This document shows, one piece after another, positions 27,966 to 37,068 of a stretch of DNA of 64,000 nt; position 1 is the first letter of the stretch; every line of letters starts with the position of its first letter. The position numbers and the translations under genes are program-made. This DNA comes from a virus. The stretch covers positions 1 through 64,000 of the IMG/VR virus record IMGVR_UViG_3300027969_000063; one strand, 5' to 3'. The notes under the pieces were generated by a model. That model did no database searches. It had not been told where the DNA came from and saw only the letters and a program-made list of their open reading frames with translations.

Positions 27966-29039
27966 TTATTTAATTTTGGTTTTGTCTTGAACTCTTTTCA
28001 AAGCTGATTTGGCCAGGTCACGAGCACGGCTCATTGGCGTATGAACTGCACCAGATTTATCTTTAGCATCCTTCTTCATTGGCTCCCAACCAGATGTTCC
28101 AGCAATAGTTGCTTCATGAACTTCATGTGATTTCATTGCAGGAGTTTTTTGTATTTTAACAGCTTCAGGAGTATCATCGCCTGGTTTACGTTCACCTTCT
28201 TTATCTAAAGGACTAACTTTTAGTTTATAAGATTTGAATGAATTGATTTTGCCTCCAGGCATACGACCAGCTAAAGTATCAGTTGTAATAGGAGCATCGT
28301 CACATTGTTTGTAATTTTCTTCATCCAACTCGACTTCTTCTTTTCTTACCATGTCAGTATCATCGCTAGATTTTCCTGGACGCTTATCCACAGGAGGTTT
28401 TGCATATGGTGATGGTTTACCACCATAATTAGTTATGGGTTTGCTGATCGGTTTCATTTTTAATTCATCAATACGTTCAACTTCTTCGTTACGAGCTTTA
28501 GCAAGGTTCTCGGGAGCAGAGATAGAATCTTTCTTAGGACCTTTAGCATCAGCCATAGTCAATGGTGTATCACCTTTTGCTTTACGGAGATAAGCGGGTA
28601 CATCAGACTTACGAACTGCTTCTAAGAGTTTACCAGCAAAATGCATGCCTTCGCTGACTTTCTTTTTACCTTTGAGAATTTTAAAATCTTGGCCATCAAT
28701 CTTATTGTTGTGGTTGGCATCAATCTTATGTTGATCACCTTTCAATTCTTCTTTTACCGGTTTATCAGCAATAGCCTTTTTCATTGGCTCTTTTTTGTTA
28801 CCATCTTTATCCATATCTAAGAAATCTGGCTTAGCACCTTCTTTCATCTCTTTAGCTTTTGGACCTTTAAGATTATCAACGGCAGATTTAGTTTGGTCTT
28901 TCTTTGCTTTAGCGGAATTACCATAACTTCCACCAAACACTCTCATTCCTGTAGGTGTAGGTTCTTTAATTGGTGCAGTTTCCACAACTTGGTTAACTGC
29001 ATCAATCATTGATTGACTTACTTTATCTTTTGCAAACAT
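27966..29039 (-). CDS. K/E-rich probable head core protein with DxDxN loops
   Basis: DMDKDGN and DANHNNKIDGQDF; xxE motifs. Confidence 0.65.
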   Translation of the reverse strand: MFAKDKVSQSMIDAVNQVVETAPIKEPTPTGMRVFGGSYGNSAKAKKDQTKSAVDNLKGPKAKEMKEGAKPDFLDMDKDGNKKEPMKKAIADKPVKEELKGDQHKIDANHNNKIDGQDFKILKGKKKVSEGMHFAGKLLEAVRKSDVPAYLRKAKGDTPLTMADAKGPKKDSISAPENLAKARNEEVERIDELKMKPISKPITNYGGKPSPYAKPPVDKRPGKSSDDTDMVRKEEVELDEENYKQCDDAPITTDTLAGRMPGGKINSFKSYKLKVSPLDKEGERKPGDDTPEAVKIQKTPAMKSHEVHEATIAGTSGWEPMKKDAKDKSGAVHTPMSRARDLAKSALKRVQDKTKIK

Positions 29040-29041
29040 TT

Positions 29042-30883
29042 TTATTCTCCGTTTTTTTGCTTTTTTTTCTTCTTTAATAAATTATCTACACGAACTTTAT
29101 TATCAGCTGGTGTAACTAATGGTTCTTTATTTGTTGATCCGCCAAGAACTCCACCTACACCCATGTCACGGGCGCCTGGATCATCAATGGCCTCCGTTTT
29201 TATATTCTTTCTAAACTTCTTAAAATCTTTATTATCATAAGCACTACTCAATGGATTTACAGAACCACCAGAAGGCATTACTGTGGAAGCTGGACTTGCA
29301 TTACTGTAATCTATACTCTCACCTAATCCAGCACCACCAGTTAAACCACTACCATTGGTTCTTGTATTCCATTCTCCACCTAAACCTGATGGATCACTCG
29401 GTCTTGGATCAGATAATGTTCTGTTCTTCTTTACTTTTTCTTTGTCTTTGGAGAAGTTGCTTTCTTTGGGGCTTGGTCTCCAGCTGACTTTGGGCTGGCT
29501 TTCTTCGTAGGTGCGGAACGTGTAGCCGCCCGTTTTTTTGGTGCCGTCCCACTTGATGGTGTCACCGGCTGGATCGTTGGCTCGGTTGTCGGCTGGGATG
29601 TCGCTTGGTCGCTCTGCTCTTCCAACTTTGGTTTTCTGAATAAATCGATTAGTGCTTTTAACATTTTTTTCTTCCTTATATAAGTCAAAATTCATAACCA
29701 TTGGTTTATTATTTCTATGTAACCAATCATTAACGGTTTCATTTACCGATTTGCGATCCAAGAAGGATTCCGTCATTTGGTAAATTTCATGTATGTCACC
29801 ATCTTTACTATCTATGTCGCCTGTATTATCAAAGGAAACAAAATTTGTGAACATCTCATTGAAATATTTAGTGTTTTCTTGCGCTTTCAACCATTTATCT
29901 TGGCGTACAGATTCTACCATCATTCTAGACAATAGTGTGTTCCGTTCTTTACTGGCTTGATTGGTGGTATTGACAAACACCATTAGGGTTTCATAACCCA
30001 ATTCTTCTAGTTCTTCTCTTACATAAGAGAGTTTTTCTCTATCATCGGCAGGACCATTAATGATCAATGGACCACGATTACGAATGGCTTCTCTACGAAA
30101 ATCACTGGTTTTCTCTGATAACTTTTGTTTATCACCAAGGTAATCTCTGGCCTGTATCAGATTCAATTCAACGATACGAGCTTCAGCAATGGCTTCACGA
30201 ATGATAATATCTTTACCTGAACCAGGTCCACCAGTTACAAAGATTGCTTTAAAATGACCACGGGAAGTATCTTCATGTAGACCCATACCTTTACGAGTAT
30301 CATGCATTAATTCTTTTGAGTGCTTATCTGAAACATGAGAAGGAACACCCTTACGAAACTCTTTATGGTTGCCTGTGGAAGCGTGTTGGCGCATCTTAGT
30401 ACCAGACATACCTTCTGAACCTTCGGCATCCGGATCACGGTGACCAGCAGAATGTACAGTAATCTTTTTAAAGTTATACAAAGCACCTTTATGTGTACCA
30501 TTGTATTTGTTTAACTTTTCTTTCATTTCTTTAACACGGTCAGAACCAACAACCATATGTAAATGAGTTACACCGGATTTATGTAATTCGGTTGCATGGT
30601 GTAAAAATGTTGGATGTTCTTTAGAGGAAGTTTTGAAGTTTGTTCCTGGTGAATATCTTTGCAGGTGCTTCAATTTTTGTGCACCACTTAAAGGATTCTT
30701 TTTAGCGTCTTGTGAATGGGAAGCAACAACTGTGTGACCAGCATTGTGTTCTTTTGCTACCTCTTTTACTTTATCAATTAACTTTAAATGGCCGGTTGTG
30801 GGAGGATTCATGCGACCAAAGGTCATAACATGGTGGTTTTCACCTTGTTTGGTTTCTTCGACTAGTTCTAAGAATGATTTCAT
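29042..30883 (-). CDS. HxGH nucleotidyltransferase (cytidylyltransferase/NMNAT-like) fused to a P-loop kinase-like domain
   Basis: FGRMNPPTTGH, VGSDR, SGTKMR, then GGPGSGK. Confidence 0.8.
   Translation of the reverse strand: MKSFLELVEETKQGENHHVMTFGRMNPPTTGHLKLIDKVKEVAKEHNAGHTVVASHSQDAKKNPLSGAQKLKHLQRYSPGTNFKTSSKEHPTFLHHATELHKSGVTHLHMVVGSDRVKEMKEKLNKYNGTHKGALYNFKKITVHSAGHRDPDAEGSEGMSGTKMRQHASTGNHKEFRKGVPSHVSDKHSKELMHDTRKGMGLHEDTSRGHFKAIFVTGGPGSGKDIIIREAIAEARIVELNLIQARDYLGDKQKLSEKTSDFRREAIRNRGPLIINGPADDREKLSYVREELEELGYETLMVFVNTTNQASKERNTLLSRMMVESVRQDKWLKAQENTKYFNEMFTNFVSFDNTGDIDSKDGDIHEIYQMTESFLDRKSVNETVNDWLHRNNKPMVMNFDLYKEEKNVKSTNRFIQKTKVGRAERPSDIPADNRANDPAGDTIKWDGTKKTGGYTFRTYEESQPKVSWRPSPKESNFSKDKEKVKKNRTLSDPRPSDPSGLGGEWNTRTNGSGLTGGAGLGESIDYSNASPASTVMPSGGSVNPLSSAYDNKDFKKFRKNIKTEAIDDPGARDMGVGGVLGGSTNKEPLVTPADNKVRVDNLLKKKKKQKNGE
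29431..29664 (-). CDS. Overprinted K/A/P/T-rich basic protein, 77 aa
   Basis: Alternative frame; AAGGAAG RBS; local GC-rich patch. Confidence 0.5.
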   Translation of the reverse strand: MLKALIDLFRKPKLEEQSDQATSQPTTEPTIQPVTPSSGTAPKKRAATRSAPTKKASPKSAGDQAPKKATSPKTKKK

Positions 30884-32073
30884 TTACGAACTTTTAAAAG
30901 ATTCTGTTTAGCAAACTCAGCACGGTTAACCAATTTAGTTGGCTGATTATCGTGATGAACTACGAAACCTTCGGGTTTGGACTTCTTACCTTCAATGTGG
31001 TGTTGGTAGTGTCCTTCATGTGTTTCTAATGATTTAACTAAAGCATTTTTTGCTTGGTGTAAATGATGGTGCATTGAGAATAAGTTGCTATAATGTTCTT
31101 TGTGTTTTTCAACATGAGCAATTTGTTTTTTACCTTCGCCAGTTTTTTCAGCCTTAGATTTTTCAGTTGAAACTTTGGCAGCCAGCTTTTCGTGTATATT
31201 GTGTAAATGTTTTTTAAAACCCTCGACACTTGGCACTTCATCATGTCTTACAGTATGGTTTATGTATGTTGATAGGTGGCCATGTTCACCGCTATGTTTT
31301 GGATGAATTGCGTTATACATTTTGTGACCGTGAGTATCGTGAATTTCTTTTGCTGCAGCCATGTGTTTATGAAATTCTTTTTTGTTGGCTTCAGAATGTT
31401 GTACTTTACTGGTATCATGTTCTGCGCCATGAATATGGACATCCGGATGTTGTTTAAATTTACTCACATCTACATGAGGCGAAGCATGCTTCATGTCATC
31501 ACTATACTGGTGGTGAACCACTACACCAACTTTAGATTTTTTAATCTTTTTTGCCTCATCACCGTGAGCAGTATAGGTAATTGTGTTCGGTGTAAATGAT
31601 ACTTTACCTTCTTTAGCTTCTACGATGTAACCTTCATTTAACTTACCACTATCTTGGTGGTGCATTAAATCGCCTTGATAAACACCGTGTTTAGGTGTTA
31701 CTTTTGGTAAATGTTTAAGTGCGTGTTTGAGTGCTCTGGCTAAACCAGGAGCGTGACCGTGGTTTCTTTCAATATCTTTTTCTGTGTGATTAATCTTTGG
31801 ATTCTTGTTAAAGGCAGATTTGGTCGCCACAAAGAATTTACCATTCTTAGGATGATGGCCAAATACAATCGATGGAGAACCATCATACTTCATTGTCAGA
31901 TTTGTATTCTTGTGGCCGCCGGTCATGTGAGCATGGGCTTTCATTAGAGCTTCATGAGCATGTTCAAAACCAGCATGGCCGTGCATCAGAGGTCTATCTT
32001 CGGCATGATGGATATGCTTGAGTTCGGAACTTTTTTCCGTTTCTTCCGTTAGGAATGATCTAAATGATAACAT
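30880..32073 (-). CDS. His-rich protein with covalent nucleotidyltransferase (RNA-ligase-like) motifs, DUF6267-like
   Basis: KYDG, YQGD, EGFVV, TKLV; starts MLSFRSFLTEE. Confidence 0.7.
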   Translation of the reverse strand: MLSFRSFLTEETEKSSELKHIHHAEDRPLMHGHAGFEHAHEALMKAHAHMTGGHKNTNLTMKYDGSPSIVFGHHPKNGKFFVATKSAFNKNPKINHTEKDIERNHGHAPGLARALKHALKHLPKVTPKHGVYQGDLMHHQDSGKLNEGYIVEAKEGKVSFTPNTITYTAHGDEAKKIKKSKVGVVVHHQYSDDMKHASPHVDVSKFKQHPDVHIHGAEHDTSKVQHSEANKKEFHKHMAAAKEIHDTHGHKMYNAIHPKHSGEHGHLSTYINHTVRHDEVPSVEGFKKHLHNIHEKLAAKVSTEKSKAEKTGEGKKQIAHVEKHKEHYSNLFSMHHHLHQAKNALVKSLETHEGHYQHHIEGKKSKPEGFVVHHDNQPTKLVNRAEFAKQNLLKVRK

Positions 32074-32118
32074 TGAATTTCCTCTTGATTTGCAACACAC
32101 TTTGGTTGCCGATTTGCT

Positions 32119-32126
32119 TATTTATA
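32119..32126 (-). promoter_or_regulatory. T4-type late promoter TATAAATA
   Basis: Exact consensus, intergenic; gp55 is present. Confidence 0.8.
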
Positions 32127-32186
32127 CAACTTTTAAACTTTTGGAGCCAATTCTAGAAAGATTCGGTTCGATACATAGTGTCGTTT

Positions 32187-32681
32187 TTATTGGCTTTTTT
32201 CACCAACAATCATAAATGAATCGTTTAAATCACGGTCGGAGTAGAATATATTGGTGTAACCTCTAGATTCCATATAATCTTTGATGATTCCTGCTGAGAA
32301 CATATGAATGTGTTTTCTATTATTCCATGGTCTCCAGTATTCTTGGGCATAGTGTGGTAGATATAGAAACAGAACTCCACCATTCTTTAGATTTGCTGTC
32401 CAATAATCGAGTGCTGTAACCCAATCAGGAAGATGTTCCAAACAATGGCTAGAATAAACATAGTCTAAATCTGTGTATTCAAAATTATATGCTGTATTAC
32501 CATCGTTGAAATTCAAATCGATACCGATGGCACCAGGAAAACACCACTCTTGTCTATTGCATCCAACATCTACACCATAACCTTTACAGAAGTGTTTGGC
32601 ATAAGCAATAGCAAACTGTGAGGCATTACCTTCAGCTTGAAAGTGTGGATATGTTTTTTTGTTATAGTTTAAAATATTCAT
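32187..32681 (-). CDS. Class I SAM-dependent methyltransferase
   Basis: GVDVGC, YSSHCLEH, LKNGG.L.LYLP. Confidence 0.85.
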   Translation of the reverse strand: MNILNYNKKTYPHFQAEGNASQFAIAYAKHFCKGYGVDVGCNRQEWCFPGAIGIDLNFNDGNTAYNFEYTDLDYVYSSHCLEHLPDWVTALDYWTANLKNGGVLFLYLPHYAQEYWRPWNNRKHIHMFSAGIIKDYMESRGYTNIFYSDRDLNDSFMIVGEKSQ

Positions 32682-33393
32682 TTAGTTTAGCCAGTTCAAA
32701 GTCGTTAAGATACATCAATTTAGAATTACGATTACCGTAAAAATGTTTTTCAAATGAATAAGTTATTGGCTTATTATCCCAATTACGAATATCATCACCC
32801 CACAATACCACTTGTTGTTTGTTCAACAAGTCAGCAACACCAGAAATACCAGTAAATGTGGAAACAAATGGATGTTTGCTATTTTTAATAATATAGGCAT
32901 TTCTCATCAGACTATCATTATAATCTAAAAATTTGATTCCGTCAAGATGTGATAGTGTCCAAGACGATCTTCTACCATCTATATTTGGACCACTCCATCG
33001 ATCACCACCATACACATCATTACCAACATCAAAACCTAAATCTTCCACTTTCAATACGAAATCATCATCCACTTCAAAAACAATTCGGTAATTGTCATTG
33101 ATCCAATTTTCATAACGGCAAGTTTCAATTGGTCTATCTGAATCTTCTTTATCTTCTCTTGTCCAAGAGCTCATTTTAATAATGTCATCACCATATAAGA
33201 ACACTTCATCATCAAATTCGACCGATGAGAATATATCTTGATACATTAGAAATTCTTTGATGCCATTAAACTTTTTCATTTCACCACGAATAATGAAATC
33301 TATTTTACCAATACTTTTAGATAGACCAGATAATACGGGTAAACTATTTACAAAGTCGCCAAGATTGGCGGTACAATCAATTTGAACTTTCAT
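32662..33393 (-). CDS. Glycosyltransferase-like protein (GT9-like N-terminus)
   Basis: NLGDFVNSLP motif; context. Confidence 0.5.
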   Translation of the reverse strand: MKVQIDCTANLGDFVNSLPVLSGLSKSIGKIDFIIRGEMKKFNGIKEFLMYQDIFSSVEFDDEVFLYGDDIIKMSSWTREDKEDSDRPIETCRYENWINDNYRIVFEVDDDFVLKVEDLGFDVGNDVYGGDRWSGPNIDGRRSSWTLSHLDGIKFLDYNDSLMRNAYIIKNSKHPFVSTFTGISGVADLLNKQQVVLWGDDIRNWDNKPITYSFEKHFYGNRNSKLMYLNDFELAKLNEYFKL

Positions 33394-34180
33394 TAAAATC
33401 CTTAAAAGCAATAAACCAATCAGATTCAGATACTCTATGTAGTTCAAATAAATCTGGTGATGATAGGTACGACATTAACAATAAAGTTTGGTCGTCATCG
33501 ATTAAATTATTATCCAATAGTTCTGTAGTGTTGTGGTGTACTAGATGTTCCAACTTAGGCCACATATCTTTACCGGCAACAATACAAGGACCTGTAATGT
33601 GGACATTGTTATCAACAATAACATCTTGTATGAATGTTCCTTCTTTCCAATCTTTGATATTGAAGAAATGGATCTTATCTTTATTGAATGGATATCTCCA
33701 ATGTTTAACGCCATTGAGTGTAGATTCATCACGACAGTAACCAAAGTCCAACCAAGCAACCAAATCTGTATTGATTAGATTGGATTGAATGGCTCTGTTT
33801 ACAAATGATGATTTCAATAGATTCACTAAAACATAATCAGCATTCCAATATTCTGGATTGCGTACTTGTGTTGGATTTATTTTGCTTTGATAGTTTTCAT
33901 CTTTTTGTACTTTAGAGATTGATGTTCTCAATTCATTAAAGTTACTTTTGAAATCAACTATCAAAATATCTAGTGGTCGGTCTTGTCGTAAAAATTTAAC
34001 CTCGTCTGCCAAATCTTTTGTTGTATAAACAACCATATTATTTTCCAACTTGGCCATATGGCCAAATCGTTCAAGATATGTCTTGGTTGTTCTCTGTAAG
34101 TAATGAGGCAGACCCTTATCTGGCGTCCAATCACCACGACCAATATCAAAGAAAGCAGTAACTATGGTTATATCGTTCAT
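33377..34180 (-). CDS. HtrL/YibB family protein
   Basis: TIVTAFFDIGR, AWLDFG, DDDQ. Confidence 0.8.
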   Translation of the reverse strand: MNDITIVTAFFDIGRGDWTPDKGLPHYLQRTTKTYLERFGHMAKLENNMVVYTTKDLADEVKFLRQDRPLDILIVDFKSNFNELRTSISKVQKDENYQSKINPTQVRNPEYWNADYVLVNLLKSSFVNRAIQSNLINTDLVAWLDFGYCRDESTLNGVKHWRYPFNKDKIHFFNIKDWKEGTFIQDVIVDNNVHITGPCIVAGKDMWPKLEHLVHHNTTELLDNNLIDDDQTLLLMSYLSSPDLFELHRVSESDWFIAFKDFNESSN

Positions 34181-35205
34181 TTTAACCAACGATTATTTTC
34201 CAATGTCCATTCAACCACTTCTTTAATTCTTTCACGGAAAGAAATCTTTGGTTCCCATCCTAATGATTTCATGTATTCACCAGATAAAGCATATCGTAAA
34301 TCGTGTCCTGGTCTTGCAGAATGAAAATCATTTAATTCATAATTCAATTCTTTACCTTGTACTTTAGCAATTAATTTAGCCAATTCGAGGTTATCAATCT
34401 CTTCAGGTCCAACCAAATTAAACTTAGGACACTTTGCACCACCATAATCATAATCAGATAATTGTTCTTCTTTTAAACCCAACACAAACAATAAACCATC
34501 AGCTACATCTTTTGCATGAATGTAATGGCGAGAACCTGGAATTGTTTTGGTTGGATCGGAATGTATGGTGATTGTACCACCATCACGAATCTTACGAATA
34601 CACATTGGAATATATTTCTCCGGATGTTGTCTTTCACCAAACACATTCATTGTGTGTGTAATATAGATTGGCATCTTATAGGTGTTTTCAAATGCAACAC
34701 AAATCTCTTCTGCTGCAGCCTTAGATGCTGAATACGGATTGGTTGAGTTGTATCGGTCACGTTCTTTATAGTTAACACCTTTTGGTGCTGGACCAAATAC
34801 CTCATCTGTTGAGAAGTATACAAATCTTTCTAAATTAGGAAGTGTTCTTGCATACTGCAGTACATTTGCCGTACCAATTACATTATCTTGAATAAATTCC
34901 ATTGGAAATTCAATGGATCGGTCCACATGAGAACCTGCGGCCAAATGCAAAATAATATTTACATCACCTAGTAGTCCAACAATTTGTGGATTAAGTTCTG
35001 CTCGCAAGTCGTGATATACGATTTCAATCCTCTTACGAACTTCTGGTGCAGTATCTTTTAATAAATCAGCAAGGCGATTTAAATTACCTGAATAATCTAG
35101 TCGGTCAAGAGTTACAATTTCCCAATCAGTTTCTTTTAATATTTTGTCAACCACATGGTGGGCAATAAATCCGGCACCGCCGGTCAATAGTACTCTCTTA
35201 CTCAT
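34177..35205 (-). CDS. rmlB: dTDP-glucose 4,6-dehydratase-like extended SDR
   Basis: GGAGFI, HLAAGSHVDRSI, STDEV, YSASK, RPGHDLRY. Confidence 0.85.
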   Translation of the reverse strand: MSKRVLLTGGAGFIAHHVVDKILKETDWEIVTLDRLDYSGNLNRLADLLKDTAPEVRKRIEIVYHDLRAELNPQIVGLLGDVNIILHLAAGSHVDRSIEFPMEFIQDNVIGTANVLQYARTLPNLERFVYFSTDEVFGPAPKGVNYKERDRYNSTNPYSASKAAAEEICVAFENTYKMPIYITHTMNVFGERQHPEKYIPMCIRKIRDGGTITIHSDPTKTIPGSRHYIHAKDVADGLLFVLGLKEEQLSDYDYGGAKCPKFNLVGPEEIDNLELAKLIAKVQGKELNYELNDFHSARPGHDLRYALSGEYMKSLGWEPKISFRERIKEVVEWTLENNRWLK

Positions 35206-35207
35206 AA

Positions 35208-36062
35208 TTAACTCCTGTAAATAAACATTTGTGATTCATCATCTTGGCCAAACTTCTTCTCGACAAACTTTTTAATCTCCGGTACACGATCATATTGATG
35301 TACTATAGGAAATATTCTTCCATCTAGTGGTGGTATTTTAACCAATCCATTTTCCCAAATTGGTTCACTAAACAATAAATTTGGTTTGAACTTTTCAATT
35401 TTGGATGGATCCATAACTGTGCCGAGTTCACAAGCCCAATCATGTGTATATGTAACAACATCTTTAAATGGTAGTGTATTGATTAATACATTGAATACAG
35501 CTTGGTCACAAATAGGAATTGGCCGGTTGATTGCGTTGGTAAAGATATTGAACACCATATCTTTTACATATTCTGAAGTGCCACCAAATGTTCCAACATT
35601 AAAAATTTCATTATTTTTAAACTGTTGATAGATATACGGACCATAAGATTGTAGTAAGTTTTCATTACCCCAAGCTTCGTCTTTATATCTTAAACCTTCT
35701 GAAGCAACCACAAGTTTATGTCCAATTAACTTCTCAAATGGGTCACATTGAAAATACACATCTTTAACATCTGTGGTAATCACATACTCATATTTTTGCC
35801 AATGTTTGTAAAGATAATCATAGATTGAATGAAAGCGTAACACATGAATTGGTATGCGTATACCTTCAACTCCCAACATAGGAACAATAATGACACCTTG
35901 TGATTCTAACCAATCTAGAGTTTCATCAGATGCGTTACCATAAACTAGAACAATATCACAATCATTATCATCGCCCGAATGTACCTTTGCTGATAATACC
36001 CAAGGTCTTAACTGGTTAGCGTTATAGTTTGTGAACCCACCGATGATGAGATTTTTTGCCAC
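35208..36062 (-). CDS. GT-A-like glycosyltransferase
   Basis: TDVKDVYFQ, NVG, DQA, IVHQYDR. Confidence 0.65.
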   Translation of the reverse strand: MAKNLIIGGFTNYNANQLRPWVLSAKVHSGDDNDCDIVLVYGNASDETLDWLESQGVIIVPMLGVEGIRIPIHVLRFHSIYDYLYKHWQKYEYVITTDVKDVYFQCDPFEKLIGHKLVVASEGLRYKDEAWGNENLLQSYGPYIYQQFKNNEIFNVGTFGGTSEYVKDMVFNIFTNAINRPIPICDQAVFNVLINTLPFKDVVTYTHDWACELGTVMDPSKIEKFKPNLLFSEPIWENGLVKIPPLDGRIFPIVHQYDRVPEIKKFVEKKFGQDDESQMFIYRS

Positions 36063-36766
36063 GGGAACTCTCCATTATATTTTTTATTCATTACTGCATT
36101 ACCATTGATAAAGAATTCAGCATTAACTGAACCTTCACCGCCATCAACACGATAGTTCACGGTGTATTCACCTGTACAATCGAATTTATTGAAGTGTTGA
36201 GCAATCGTTGCCAGAAACACTCGATCCTGTCCCCAACCACCATGCCAAACGGAAGCCAATTTTACACCAATTTCCGTTTTAAGGCAATACGAATTGGTAT
36301 CAACATGATTAACTCCGTGGTAAGTTTGCCATTTACCTAACGATTCACAGTCATCATGGCAAACAAATGTACCATCTTTGTTATAGATATCTCTTAATGA
36401 ATAACACCAGTCAAGATTTTTTGATTTGATTATATTGATACAAGATTCAACATGATTAGGTTTCAACCAATTATCTTGGTCAAGGTATAACACATATTCA
36501 GTATCAATGAGGTGAGTAAAGGCTGCATAGACACGGTGACCATAAAATCCATTGGCACCCACATTCAAAGGCAAATTACAAAGCACAATCTTTTTATAAT
36601 TTGGATGTTTCTCAAATTGTTTAATATGGTTCTTTACAGCATAAACAAATTCTGGACCATCACAAACAATATAACACTTGGTATCATAAGTTTGATTCAA
36701 TACTGATTTAATTGCTTCATGTACTGGTGCACCACCAGTAGTTGGTATAATCACAGTTGCGGACAT
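36008..36766 (-). CDS. Glycosyltransferase family 2
   Basis: VIIPT...SVLNQT...YLDQD. Confidence 0.85.
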   Translation of the reverse strand: MSATVIIPTTGGAPVHEAIKSVLNQTYDTKCYIVCDGPEFVYAVKNHIKQFEKHPNYKKIVLCNLPLNVGANGFYGHRVYAAFTHLIDTEYVLYLDQDNWLKPNHVESCINIIKSKNLDWCYSLRDIYNKDGTFVCHDDCESLGKWQTYHGVNHVDTNSYCLKTEIGVKLASVWHGGWGQDRVFLATIAQHFNKFDCTGEYTVNYRVDGGEGSVNAEFFINGNAVMNKKYNGEFPWQKISSSVGSQTITLTS

Positions 36767-36768
36767 AA

Positions 36769-37068
36769 TTAATTCCTAGTTAATTTCAATATTCTTTCTA
36801 TTTGCTTTTCGATTAATGGTTTACGATTAGGCCAATATATGTATTCTTTATCTCCAGTCGAGTGGAGTTTGGTTAGAAAAGGAATAATAATCTTTTCAAC
36901 CTCAGTAAGGCGTGTCTTATAATCATCAGCCGTTTCGGCTGTCTTGTTGATGACCGAGTTATAATCGGCTTCTGAAACGGCGGAGAACCCAAAGTCGTCC
37001 TCCATTTCAAATTCTTTTGCTAGTTTATCAAAGTCTATGAGTGCCATTAGTATATCCTTATTTTGCAA
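36769..37068 (-). CDS. Conserved hypothetical protein (DDFGFSA...YIYWPNR)
   Basis: ORF track. Confidence 0.7.
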   Translation of the reverse strand: MQNKDILMALIDFDKLAKEFEMEDDFGFSAVSEADYNSVINKTAETADDYKTRLTEVEKIIIPFLTKLHSTGDKEYIYWPNRKPLIEKQIERILKLTRN

